From the NCBI GenBank assembly GCA_048013815.1, contig CM106585.1, positions 17,484,001 to 17,548,000 on the forward strand: a stretch of DNA of 64,000 nucleotides, read 5' to 3'. Shown here piece after piece: positions 11,446-22,078 of this stretch (positions are counted from its first letter, which is position 1; each line of letters opens with the position of its first letter). The position numbers were made by a program, and so were the translations under genes. Below the pieces are notes generated by a model that worked only from the letters and a program-made list of their open reading frames with translations, had not been told where the DNA came from and made no database searches. This stretch comes from Setoptus koraiensis (lineage: Eukaryota > Animalia > Arthropoda).

Positions 11446-14400
11446 ATGAAGCCATCCTCCAGCAGAGGTTTCGCACCACATAATGATGTTACAAACAATT
11501 TTAGGGCCACTAGGCAAACACAAGATGATATTGACTTGGATGAACAATTTGCCAGAATGCTGGCAAAAGAAGATGAACAGTCCACAAACATCGCAAGCAA
11601 TGGAAATCGGACAAACAATTCCACCGTAGCCCTTATAAATTCAATCAATCTTGAATACAAGAAGCCATCTACTTCGAAGGGCAGCACAGATAACTCAAAT
11701 AGAGAAAAAGCGTGTGATCCATCAAAAAAACTCGATTTCGATTGGCTTTGTCTAAGATTAGAAATTCTTTCCTATGAATCGGAAATGTGTCTCTCAAAAC
11801 AAGATCTTATCGAGGGTGTCATGTCTATAATTACCCGTATTCATATAGACAACGAACAAATTGGAGCGGAGTTGTGCAACTTTTTAGGGATTGATAATTT
11901 TGAATTTATACAGGAAATTTTAGAACACAAGCAATCAATCATTCGAACTTATAAACTAAGTCCATCTTCATCAACACTGGCTTCCTCGACTAACGATGCC
12001 AACTATCAGATGTGCACTGAAGTGATGAAAGACAAAATAAGGAGAGATAGGAGGAAGGAAATGAATCCTCTTACCTCAAGCAATATTGTTATACACACAG
12101 AAGGTTCGAAGAATCTCATGAAACAAGCGAGGAAACACCAACGTAAATATAACAAATTGGTTAATCAATCCGCCGGCAACTTGAGTGCTGCAGAGCGCCA
12201 AGAGCTCATAGATAATGCTAAACAATCAAGAGATGAGACTCTAGCTAAACTAGCTGAAGTACAAGACCCTATGGGTATATTTAGGAAAGAAATTACTCTT
12301 AGCAAAATGGGGAAAATTTTAGATAAAAATTCAACCCCTGAAAGTGCCTTAAAGCATCGAAAGTCCGATATCAAGTATCCACATGTCTATGATGGTTTGG
12401 CAGAATCGAAATTAGTTGTTGCCAGTCTTAATAATCAGAAAGTCTATTTGCCCGTTACTTCTGCCCGAAAATCAACGGATCAATGCGAGGAGATCACTAT
12501 TGAGAAGATGCCAATTGTTAATGTCGTGCCGAAAGAAAAATTGATAAAAATATGTGATAGCTTTGATGCAGTAGGTAAAGTCGCTTTCCAAGGCTGTTCG
12601 ACCTTGAATCCTATGCAAACTCTTGTATATGAAGCTGCATATAATAGCAACATCAATTTGTTGGTAGCTGCACCGACAGGATCCGGTAAAACTAACGTTG
12701 CAATGATGACTGTTCTACATGAATTGAAAAACTATTTCAAGCCCGGCACTACCGATCTAATCTCAAGTGATACTAGTGAAAAGTTCAAAATAATTTATAT
12801 CGCACCCATGAAATCCTTAGCAACGGAGCAAACTGAGAATTTCAGCAAAAAATTGAAAGGAATCGGAATCAAGACCCGCGAATTAACGGGAGACATGTCG
12901 TTAACGGAGTATGAGATATCACAAACTCACATAATAGTTACAACCCCAGAGAAGTGGGACGTTGTGACTCGTAAATCAAAAGGTGAAGTCGACTTGTTGA
13001 ATTTAGTTCGTCTACTCATCATTGATGAGGTGCACCTTCTCCAATCGGATCGAGGTCCAGTCCTAGAGGCTTTAGTTGCTAGAACTCTCCGCTATGTTGA
13101 ATCATCTCAGAAGATGATCCGTATAGTTGGCCTTTCTGCAACCTTACCAAATTATATTGATGTAGCGACTTTTCTTCGCGTCAACCCATATGAAGGTCTT
13201 TTCTATTTCGACAATCGCTTCCGTCCTGTCCCATTAACTCAAACTTTCGTGGGTGTTCGGGCGTTAGATTCTCATAATCAGTCTAAAACAATGGACAAAC
13301 TTACCTATGACAAGGTTTTATATTATGTTCAGCAATCAAAACAAGTGATGATATTTGTACATGCTAGAAATTCTACTCAACGTGTGGCCACTAAGCTCAG
13401 AGAATATATCCAGTTGAGCAACAAGAATGAGCTATTCCAACCAGACTTGGAGGCGACGCCTGATGCTGCTAGACTAATAGCGAACCCACGAAACAAACTC
13501 CTAAAAGATTTATTTTTATTTAGTTTCGGTATACATCACGCGGGTATGGTTCGATCAGATAGGCTGTTAGTTGAGCGTCTATTTAGAGAGGGTGTACTGA
13601 AGGTTCTGGTCTGTACGGCAACTCTCGCCTGGGGGGTGAACTTTCCGGCTCATGCTGTGATAATTAGAGGCACTGAATTATACGATGCATCTGCTGGTAA
13701 ATTTGTGGATGTTGGACTTCTAGATGTTATGCAGATTTTTGGTCGTGCTGGACGTCCACAGTATGATAGTGATGGACACGCCATAATAATGACAGCCTTG
13801 GATAAAATGGACATGTATCTCAAACTGCTGACCAATCAAACACCGATCGAAAGTAACTTCATCAAGCATATGACAGATAATCTGAATGCCGAAATTGTGG
13901 CGGGAACGATAGCCAACATCAACGAGGCAGTAGAATGGCTTAGATATACCTATCTGCACGTCAGGTTAGCACTAAATCCACTTGCTTATGGATTTGACCA
14001 TTATGAGATTCTAAGTGATCCGTCGCTAGTTACAATTAGGAAGAAGTTGCTTGTGTGTTGTGCTAAACAATTGGACGAAGCTCATATGTGTCGCTATGAT
14101 GAGCAAACGGGGGCTTTAGAGCCGACAGATCTGGGCCGAATCGCTAGTCATTTCTACATCAACTATGAGACTGTTAGTAGATACAACGAACTCTTGAAAG
14201 ATGATCTCCAATTATATGAAATCTTAGGGTTGATTGGTGAAGCTCAAGAGTTTGCTCAACTCAAGTACAGAGAAGAGGAGGCCCAGGAACTAGATACCCT
14301 CAGACGTCAATGTCGTCTACCTATTCACGGACAAGTTATTGAGTCTACAAAAGGAAAAGTTAGTTGCCTTATTCAGGCCTACATTAGTAGAGCTTTCATC

Positions 14401-16812
14401 GAATCACATTCTCTCATATCTGATCTTATGTATATCTCTCAGAATGCGGTGAGAATAGCAAGGGGTCTATTTGAATATTCTTTAAAACGTGGCTGGCCGT
14501 TCACTGCTCTGAACTTGCTAAAAGTGTGTAAAATGTTGGAGCTACAACAATGGGAATTTCAAAGTCCATATAGACAATTTTCTCAGGATTTACCTTCAAC
14601 TGTGATAGAAAAACTGGAGGAGTCAAAGTTCAATGTGGATATTATAGATACTATGTCCGCTGCTGAGCTTGGAAAACTAGTTAATTTTCCAGAAAAAATG
14701 GGTAAAACAATCAAAGATCTTACTAAACAGCTACCCTATATAGTGGTAGAAGGTATTGTTCGTCCTATAAAGCCTACTTTGCTAACTTTGACACTCGAGG
14801 TGATTCCTTTTTTTAAATGGAATGATCGCTATCACGGCGCGCGAGCCCAAACGTTTTGGATATGGGTTGTGGATGATGAATTGACTGAGACTATATATCA
14901 CAGTGAGCATATTAAGTTTTCCAAGGAGCAGGTCCAAAACCAGCGGAAACAAACTCTCATAATAAACATACCCATTGTTGAGGAGATACTACCGAATCAG
15001 ACTGTTCATCACAAAATACCATCTGAGTATATTGTATTCGCTTCGTCAAGTGATTGGATTGGTTGTGACTATGAGTTTACTGTGGACTGCTCCCGTTTAA
15101 AACTACCGGAGGAATGTGTAGTATACACAAAAATCCTTGATCTGGATCCGCTCCCTATAAGCGCATTTAGGAACGAGCTCTATCAAAGTATCTACGATAT
15201 TTCTCCATCTAACAATCAAGGAGAGTCGGGTTCGAACTCGATCGGATCTAATTCCTATCTACACTTCAACTATTTCAACAACATACAAACTCAACTGTTC
15301 TATTCTTTATATAATACGAGCAAGAATGTACTAGTTTGCGCCCCATCGGGATCGGGTAAAACTGTGCTGGCAGAGCTGGCAATGCTCAATAGCTTCAGAA
15401 GAGCCTTTAAAAATAGAAAGAAAATCTTATATTTAACACCAATTCAGTCTCTGGCTACCTATCGATTCAAGGACTGGCAGGCGAGAATGAGACCTTTAAT
15501 AGGTCATCGAATTATGGAGCTTAACGAATATTCATTGTACAATGAGGCTGAATTTGAGGAATCCGATATCATAGTGGCAACTGCTGAGAAATTTTACGTT
15601 TGGTTGACTCGTCAGCAAGCTACTGATCTACTCAAAACAGTGTCACTTATAATACTTGATGACCTACACTTAATCAGTGATGCACGAGGTAGCATAATGG
15701 AGCTAGTCGTAACTAGATTAAATCAATTATTCGCTAGTACAAATTCGATAAGATTCCGATATGTGGGTTTATCAATGCCATTGGCTAACGCTCAGGATTT
15801 GGCTAGTTTTTTGAACGTAAAACGATTAGGTGTATACAATTTCCATCCTACGACATCTAGGCCTATTCCAATAGATGTACATATCATAGGTTTCTCGGAG
15901 AGACACTACAGTCCTCGAATGGCAACCATGAATAAACCTATTTTCAAGGCTATCCTCAACTACAGCAAGGACGATTCTGTCATCATATATGTATCTTCGA
16001 AGAAACAATGCAAATCAACTGCGCTAGATCTTATTTCATGTTTGGCTCAAGAGTCATCTAGCCAAAAGCAGTGGTTGCACATGGATGAGGGCGCCATCGG
16101 ATCACTTGTGGCTCGTATTCAAGATGAAGATCTCCGGTTATTCTTAGAGTTTGGTATAGGCTTTCTTTACAAAGACATGAGACACTCTGACAGACGGATA
16201 GTCGAAGAGTTGTACCTCTATCAAAAGATACAAGTTCTTCTGGCAACTACAAACTATGCTTGGGAGAGTCAATTGCGTGCTCATCTGGTAATAATCAAGG
16301 GTACCGAATATTACGACCATAATGTGCAGAGGTACTCTCATTTTCCAGCTGCCGACATTCTTCAACAAGTGGGTCGAGTTGGTAGACCTGAAATTGATGC
16401 AAGCGGAGCCGCAGTTATTATGGTTCAGGATATCCACAAAGAGTTCTACAAGAAATTAGTTTATGAACCATATCCTGTGGAATCGAACCTCGCATCGCTG
16501 GATGATATGATCTTGAGAAATTTTATACTTGATAGTTCCGAAGATAGGAAAAAATCCATGGATAAATTATCGCAAACTTTCTACGTTCGAAGGCTTTCGA
16601 AAAATCCCAGTTACTACCAGTTGCATGACGGATCTCCGGCTGCGATTGACAAGCACTTAACTGCATTCGTAGATAATTTCTATCGACAACAAGAAATAGA
16701 ATCGGCACCTCCGAAACCAATAGCAGACGCGCCTAAAGTAACTGGCGAGGCTAAAAGGCGTAAGAGCATGAAAGCAGGTGGCAAATCTGCTGGTTCTTCA
16801 AAATCCAAATAA
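11446..16812 (+). CDS. ASCC3: ASCC3 (activating signal cointegrator 1 complex subunit 3), Ski2-like tandem-cassette helicase, intronless, 1788 aa, C-terminally shortened
   Basis: N-cassette motifs APTGSGKT, DEVH, GLSATLPNY, HHAGM, TLAWGVNFPAH, QIFGRAGRP, followed by a Sec63 domain and a second RecA pair. Segments such as RGPVLEALVARTLRYVESSQKMIRIVGLSATLPNYIDVATFLRVNPY resemble ASCC3 more than Brr2. Confidence 0.92.
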   Translation: MKPSSSRGFAPHNDVTNNFRATRQTQDDIDLDEQFARMLAKEDEQSTNIASNGNRTNNSTVALINSINLEYKKPSTSKGSTDNSNREKACDPSKKLDFDWLCLRLEILSYESEMCLSKQDLIEGVMSIITRIHIDNEQIGAELCNFLGIDNFEFIQEILEHKQSIIRTYKLSPSSSTLASSTNDANYQMCTEVMKDKIRRDRRKEMNPLTSSNIVIHTEGSKNLMKQARKHQRKYNKLVNQSAGNLSAAERQELIDNAKQSRDETLAKLAEVQDPMGIFRKEITLSKMGKILDKNSTPESALKHRKSDIKYPHVYDGLAESKLVVASLNNQKVYLPVTSARKSTDQCEEITIEKMPIVNVVPKEKLIKICDSFDAVGKVAFQGCSTLNPMQTLVYEAAYNSNINLLVAAPTGSGKTNVAMMTVLHELKNYFKPGTTDLISSDTSEKFKIIYIAPMKSLATEQTENFSKKLKGIGIKTRELTGDMSLTEYEISQTHIIVTTPEKWDVVTRKSKGEVDLLNLVRLLIIDEVHLLQSDRGPVLEALVARTLRYVESSQKMIRIVGLSATLPNYIDVATFLRVNPYEGLFYFDNRFRPVPLTQTFVGVRALDSHNQSKTMDKLTYDKVLYYVQQSKQVMIFVHARNSTQRVATKLREYIQLSNKNELFQPDLEATPDAARLIANPRNKLLKDLFLFSFGIHHAGMVRSDRLLVERLFREGVLKVLVCTATLAWGVNFPAHAVIIRGTELYDASAGKFVDVGLLDVMQIFGRAGRPQYDSDGHAIIMTALDKMDMYLKLLTNQTPIESNFIKHMTDNLNAEIVAGTIANINEAVEWLRYTYLHVRLALNPLAYGFDHYEILSDPSLVTIRKKLLVCCAKQLDEAHMCRYDEQTGALEPTDLGRIASHFYINYETVSRYNELLKDDLQLYEILGLIGEAQEFAQLKYREEEAQELDTLRRQCRLPIHGQVIESTKGKVSCLIQAYISRAFIESHSLISDLMYISQNAVRIARGLFEYSLKRGWPFTALNLLKVCKMLELQQWEFQSPYRQFSQDLPSTVIEKLEESKFNVDIIDTMSAAELGKLVNFPEKMGKTIKDLTKQLPYIVVEGIVRPIKPTLLTLTLEVIPFFKWNDRYHGARAQTFWIWVVDDELTETIYHSEHIKFSKEQVQNQRKQTLIINIPIVEEILPNQTVHHKIPSEYIVFASSSDWIGCDYEFTVDCSRLKLPEECVVYTKILDLDPLPISAFRNELYQSIYDISPSNNQGESGSNSIGSNSYLHFNYFNNIQTQLFYSLYNTSKNVLVCAPSGSGKTVLAELAMLNSFRRAFKNRKKILYLTPIQSLATYRFKDWQARMRPLIGHRIMELNEYSLYNEAEFEESDIIVATAEKFYVWLTRQQATDLLKTVSLIILDDLHLISDARGSIMELVVTRLNQLFASTNSIRFRYVGLSMPLANAQDLASFLNVKRLGVYNFHPTTSRPIPIDVHIIGFSERHYSPRMATMNKPIFKAILNYSKDDSVIIYVSSKKQCKSTALDLISCLAQESSSQKQWLHMDEGAIGSLVARIQDEDLRLFLEFGIGFLYKDMRHSDRRIVEELYLYQKIQVLLATTNYAWESQLRAHLVIIKGTEYYDHNVQRYSHFPAADILQQVGRVGRPEIDASGAAVIMVQDIHKEFYKKLVYEPYPVESNLASLDDMILRNFILDSSEDRKKSMDKLSQTFYVRRLSKNPSYYQLHDGSPAAIDKHLTAFVDNFYRQQEIESAPPKPIADAPKVTGEAKRRKSMKAGGKSAGSSKSK

Positions 16813-16832
16813 CATGAAAATGTATCATGAAA

Positions 16833-16880
16833 ATATATATATAGATATATATATTTATATATAGATACACATATATATAT
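16833..16880. repeat. Imperfect (AT)n microsatellite between the convergent ASCC3 and ARPC4 3' ends
   Basis: ATATATATATAGATATATATATTTATATATAGATACACATATATATAT read directly. Confidence 0.85.
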
Positions 16881-17051
16881 AACTATTTATTTAATATTAT
16901 TCTTCTTTAATAAAATTAGTAGTTATTCCAGTTGTTCATTGTTGCATTGTAAACATTGTGCTCAAGACATTTGAAATTGATATACTCTTCTAACTAAATG
17001 TGTGTATGTATGTGTATTTGTTGGTGTACTAGGGTGACATACCGATCAACA

Positions 17052-17561
17052 TCAGAACCTCTTGAGGAACTCCTCAGCCGTTATTCGAGCTCTTGCGTTT
17101 ATGGCTAGTTTCATTTCATTGATCTCACGATCAATTTCTTCCATGAAGTGTATAATATAATCAATCAACTTGTAACGGTACATTGATTCAACATGGAAAT
17201 TTGTAATCAAAAAAGAGATATCATAGCTAGGATCATTGGGTTTTCTCCTTAATATTACAAAATTGTCTGCTCTCATCATCATGAATCTGGTGAATTTGTG
17301 GGCCAAAATATGTTCTATGTCGTCGGCTTGTTTTATGGCTATAGATATACGGACGGAATTAATACTTGTCTCTATGAGCACACGTTCCTTTTCATTGCGG
17401 CTTATGACTACTGAATTTAGAAGTAGCTCCTTGCTACTTTTGACTTCGACTTCTGGCTTATTATGTCTCTCAACAACTTGTGAATTAAAATTGATAAGGC
17501 ATATAGAGGCCTCCAAGGTCCGCCTGACGGCTAATAGGTATGGCCTCAGGGATTGCGACAT
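17052..17561 (-). CDS. ARPC4: Arp2/3 complex subunit 4 (p20-Arc), intronless, 169 aa
   Basis: [80 protein letters not shown] are near-invariant ARPC4 segments. Confidence 0.97.
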   Translation of the reverse strand: MSQSLRPYLLAVRRTLEASICLINFNSQVVERHNKPEVEVKSSKELLLNSVVISRNEKERVLIETSINSVRISIAIKQADDIEHILAHKFTRFMMMRADNFVILRRKPNDPSYDISFLITNFHVESMYRYKLIDYIIHFMEEIDREINEMKLAINARARITAEEFLKRF

Positions 17562-17699
17562 TGTTTAATTAGGGTCTATTCTAAACAATAAACCAAATTG
17601 GTTGGTGATGATTCCACCTGAATGCGATCGTAACGCGAATGAGAAAATCGATCACGTTCTCAATGTTTTTACTTGTTTTTTCAGCGGCAAAATTGAATG

Positions 17700-19205
17700 T
17701 TGATGCACCAATGATGCAGCACCATCAATGATCAGGGGAGCGCCTTCTCATACTGTTCGAAGGTGTGAGATGGGAGACCCCCGTCACATCCCACATTCTG
17801 GCAGATTGAGAATCTCCCTGGAGGCTATGAAGTTTGCTTTTCTAGCAAGAACATACCATATTATTGAGAAACTTGTTTCCCACAATTGTTGATCTATGAG
17901 GTTTGCTTGACTTCTCCCCGAGAGACGGAGTCCTCCCACTGAACCATTGCTACCGTGAATAGTAGATGATATTCACGGATGAAGGAGGGTACGAATGAGT
18001 ACAATCTTGTAGAATTCAAAAAATATTACCTCAAGCAGGTAATTTTTCCGCAGGTTGGGCCGCTTCGCATTGCGAGATGTGTCCCACTCTAGAAACGCCG
18101 CCGACCGAAATTGTCTCGTAACTTTCAATCATTTTGGAGGTTCGAAATTCAGGTTGGATTCAGATCATCTGAATCAGATGTACATGAACTTTCATCGTAG
18201 ATAGGAAGATACTTGTCCAAGTATCTAAGATGCCCCATATGAAACATGGGACATTCATCTACAGTCGTGCTTCTTTTCCATTTTCTTTCCAAGAAAGGAT
18301 TGTGGCTGGAAAATTTCTCTAAAAGGATCGAATATCCGTGCGAATCCACAATTCTATTTCGTCAGTGCGAAATGGAGCACCGCATTTTCGCATTGAGTAT
18401 AGATGCAGGGGCACACGACAAAAGGTGCACATCTCATGGGCTTGCTTGTGCACCGTGCATCACAGCAACTTCTGGCGCGGTGTCGATGCGTACGTGTGAC
18501 CAGACCCGGACCCGATATACGCCCACACGGATTTCTACGATCCGTTCGTGTGTACCTCAAGGTAGGGAAACGCACTCTATTCCATGCTCAATCTCGAATC
18601 TATTGCGATCATCATCACCCGGTTAAGGACCGCCCCTGCACGACGGGTATCCGCGCCGGGCTCTGTATTTGGATGAATGGTGCTTGCACATTGAGAACAC
18701 AGGGACACTCACAAAACTGGTCGTCACACACAGACCGAGAGTGAAGCATTAGTAGACTGACTGGTGGCCAGTGGCCAAAGCAAACAGCCTCACTGTTAGA
18801 AACTCTGTGCTGCACAACAGCATGCGATGTGCACATTGGGTAGGCTGCGCTTCGGCGACATCATACCAATTCAATGGGCTCACCAATGACTCATTCGGTA
18901 TTGTCTGTACTTGGCTCTGTACGTCTCGTAACTAAAACTATTTGCTGTGCGCGCAGAAAGCAGCACTCACCGTTTTAGTTTCTACCGTTTGCTGGTAGGG
19001 GCGCCTTCTGCTGCTGACGAAACCAAATCAGTTAGGGTTTGCCAGTGCCAACTTGATATTGTTTGAAACGCCGGATGCCCTCTACAGACGCAGCTGCGAA
19101 ACAGTGCCGTGAGCGATATTCTCTTGGTGGAGTGCGCCAGAAATGCATTGCACAAGGCACACCGCCGATAGAACAGGGACCGTTTGGACCTGCCACCTCC
19201 TTTTT
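17700..19205 (+). ncRNA. Candidate long structured non-coding RNA, family unassigned
   Basis: Many local inverted repeats, no credible ORF, G-U wobble pairs mostly compatible with the + strand, and a T5 run at 19201-19205. Boundaries and strand are uncertain. Confidence 0.4.
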
Positions 19206-19466
19206 GGCTGAATCGGCACGCTCATCAGCGGCTAGATAAAATTTGTTTTTTTTCTTCTCGCCCTCGCTTATTGGCTGCTATTTTAAATAAACGCATTTGA
19301 GTCCCAAACATACAGTTGAACACTGACAATACATACTGCTGATACATATAATAACACTAAATACATTACTACCATTATTTATTTAATATCATCAACGGTA
19401 CATCACTATCTCAACATCATATCTACATAAATATATATATAAATAAATATTTTCACCAATATCAGC

Positions 19467-21122
19467 ATGGCAACCGCCACTAAAAAACGTGTCTGTTACT
19501 ACTATGATGGTGACATAGGCAATTACTACTACGGACAAGGTCATCCAATGAAACCCCACCGCATAAGGATGGCGCACAATCTTATACTCAACTATGGCCT
19601 CTATAGACGCATGGAAATCTACAGGCCCCACAAGGCAACTCAGGAGGAGATGACCAAATATCACAGTGATGATTATGTTAGATTCTTGAGAAGCATTAGA
19701 CCAGATAACATGACTGAATATAATAAGCAAATGCAACGCTTTAATGTAGGCGAAGATTGTCCAGTATTCGATGGCCTATACGAGTTCTGTCAATTATCAA
19801 CTGGTGGCTCAGTAGCCGGCGCTGTCAAATTAAACAAACAACAAACTGACATTGCTATCAATTGGGGCGGCGGATTACATCATGCAAAAAAATCAGAGGC
19901 TAGCGGCTTCTGCTATGTTAATGACATTGTTCTAGCCATCTTGGAGCTACTGAAATACCATCAACGTGTTCTATATATTGACATAGACATCCATCATGGA
20001 GATGGTGTTGAGGAGGCCTTTTACACCACTGATCGTGTTATGACTTGTTCATTCCACAAATATGGTGAATATTTCCCAGGCACTGGAGACTTAAGAGACA
20101 TTGGAGCGGGCAAAGGCAAATTCTATGCTGTTAATTTCCCACTAAGAGATGGCATAGATGATGACGCTTATGAGTCTATTTTCAAGCCGTTGATATCAAA
20201 AGTTATGGAAATGTATCAGCCTAGTGCTATAGTCCTTCAATGTGGCGCAGATTCATTATCTGGAGATAGGCTCGGTTGCTTTAATCTAACCATCAAAGGT
20301 CATGGCAAATGCGTCGAATTTGTTAAAAGCTATAATATTCCGCTAATTCTAGTTGGTGGCGGAGGATACACTATCAGAAATGTGGCCCGGTGTTGGACAT
20401 ACGAGACATCAGTTGCTCTTGACATAGATATACCCAATGAACTACCATACAACGATTATTTTGAATATTACGGCCCTGACTTCAAATTGCATATCAGTCC
20501 ATCAAACATGTCCAACTCAAATAGTGGCGAATATTTGGAAAAAATCAAAACTCGATTGTTTGAGAATCTGAGAATGTTACCCCACGCTCCTGGCGTTCAG
20601 ATGGCACCGATTCCCGAGGATGCTATAGATCAGGAAAGCGACGAAGAAGATAAGTTAGATCCGGACGAGAGGATCAGTATTAGAGCATCAGAGAAGCGTA
20701 TTGCTAATGATGCCGAATTTTCTGACAGTGAAGATGAGGGTGAAGGACGCCGTGATCAACGATCTCACAAGCCGAAAGCTAAGAAGGCAAAGACGGCAAC
20801 ACCATCATCGACACCTGCCTCGACGCCGGCACCAGACGGAGCAAAGAACAACGTCGCTACGACCACACCACCGACATCAACAACTAGCACTACGGCTGCA
20901 ACTGTCAACAGTAGCTCCTCGGTGGCAGTTCCAGCGACAACTGCAACTTCACCCTCAACCACCACAACCAATACCACTAACACCACCACCTCCACTACAA
21001 CATCCCAAGAGGCTTCTGCTACACCGGCATCTGATTCTTCTGGAGCCTCCTCACCCTTGAAATCGTCTATTTTATGTGGCTCCGTTGCGAAAGCTATCAT
21101 GAGTCCCACAATTCAGAGCTGA
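19467..21122 (+). CDS. HDAC1: Class I histone deacetylase HDAC1/2 (Rpd3), intronless CDS, 551 aa
   Basis: [58 protein letters not shown] catalytic motifs and the [11 protein letters not shown]2 segment, followed by a Thr/Ser/Ala/Pro-rich tail. Confidence 0.97.
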   Translation: MATATKKRVCYYYDGDIGNYYYGQGHPMKPHRIRMAHNLILNYGLYRRMEIYRPHKATQEEMTKYHSDDYVRFLRSIRPDNMTEYNKQMQRFNVGEDCPVFDGLYEFCQLSTGGSVAGAVKLNKQQTDIAINWGGGLHHAKKSEASGFCYVNDIVLAILELLKYHQRVLYIDIDIHHGDGVEEAFYTTDRVMTCSFHKYGEYFPGTGDLRDIGAGKGKFYAVNFPLRDGIDDDAYESIFKPLISKVMEMYQPSAIVLQCGADSLSGDRLGCFNLTIKGHGKCVEFVKSYNIPLILVGGGGYTIRNVARCWTYETSVALDIDIPNELPYNDYFEYYGPDFKLHISPSNMSNSNSGEYLEKIKTRLFENLRMLPHAPGVQMAPIPEDAIDQESDEEDKLDPDERISIRASEKRIANDAEFSDSEDEGEGRRDQRSHKPKAKKAKTATPSSTPASTPAPDGAKNNVATTTPPTSTTSTTAATVNSSSSVAVPATTATSPSTTTTNTTNTTTSTTTSQEASATPASDSSGASSPLKSSILCGSVAKAIMSPTIQS

Positions 21123-21490
21123 TGATTTATCATTCATCACCTACATACCCAGGAAAATGTAGCGATGATGGTGGCACTGGAAAGGGTTAAACCTCAGCCT
21201 AACCTGATGCTAACTTTATTTAACAACTAATTGAAAATATACGAGGTTCACTTGTACTGATTGAAACCATATTTTCAGTCTCCTAAGGTGCTATCGATTA
21301 TTACTATAACGTGTACCTTTCTCAATAAAGTAAACATCAATGATAGAAAAATAACTTGCTCCAAGTCACCTGACGGCGTAGCTCGACCAACAGTGGTCTT
21401 GTCGATCAACAGCGGAGATTGGCCCACCTGCCTCGCCAACTTCAGTCGGTGTTGAGTTACTTTGATCTGGCAACCACTTAACTTGTTCAG

Positions 21491-21562
21491 GCGTTGGTGG
21501 TCCAGTGGTTAAGATCCGTGCCTGCCACGCACGGGACCCGGGTTCGATTCCCGGCTAACGCA
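21491..21562 (+). tRNA. tRNA-Gly(GCC), copy 1
   Basis: Cloverleaf: acceptor stem GCGTTGG/CTAACGC, anticodon stem CGTGC/GCACG with loop CTGCCAC, T-arm CCGGG-TTCGATT-CCCGG, discriminator A, followed by a T-run terminator. Confidence 0.95.
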
Positions 21563-21795
21563 GCTTTTTTCAACTTTTTTTCTTATCCCTTTTTCAAATC
21601 TTGCCAATCGGACGCAATGCGAACTGGACGGGTGAATCTCGTGAGAAAAGCATGAAACGATCAACTTAAGCATATCTGGTAAAAAAAGTCAGAAGATCTC
21701 GTTCGGTTTTTGCTCGCTAGAATGAGAAAAGATGCGATAAAAGCAAAGATTACATTGAAAGATCAAGACAACAAAAATTGGCAAAAAGGTCAGTT

Positions 21796-21867
21796 TGCGT
21801 TAGCCGGGAATCGAACCCGGGTCCCGTGCGTGGCAGGCACGGATCTTAACCACTGGACCACCAACGC
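21796..21867 (-). tRNA. tRNA-Gly(GCC), copy 2 (identical to copy 1)
   Basis: Exact reverse complement of copy 1, with a downstream T5 on the minus strand. Confidence 0.95.
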
Positions 21868-22078
21868 CACATCCCCGATTGAAGGTCGATGAAGATTGTA
21901 GCGAATTTCTTGCTCATTATATGTCGTCTTTTTTTCAGTCCAACAAGCCGGTCACACTTTGTGCGATGTGGCTTTGGTGTGGATAATTTAGAGCCGGCAC
22001 TAATTGGAATGTACTACTTGTATTACGTAATTGAAGAGAAAGTAGGATCAAGAGCAGCGTTTAGCAAAAAGTAGGAGC

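Noticed and set aside
17236-17568. 110-aa ORF antisense to ARPC4, and similar antisense ORFs over HDAC1, ASCC3, Hmx and HUWE1
   Set aside because: These are shadow ORFs on the opposite strand of well-supported genes, with no independent motifs.
18843-18875. U6-like 5' stem (CGCTTCGGC) and U3 box-B-like GAGAGTGAAGC (near 18737) in the structured element
   Set aside because: The other required elements (U6 ACAGAGA box; U3 boxes A, C and D at the right spacing) are absent.
21188-21215. CCTAACCT, a possible TTAGG telomerase template, downstream of HDAC1
   Set aside because: An 8-mer is expected many times by chance in 64 kb, it lies in the probable HDAC1 3' UTR, and it has no supporting structure.
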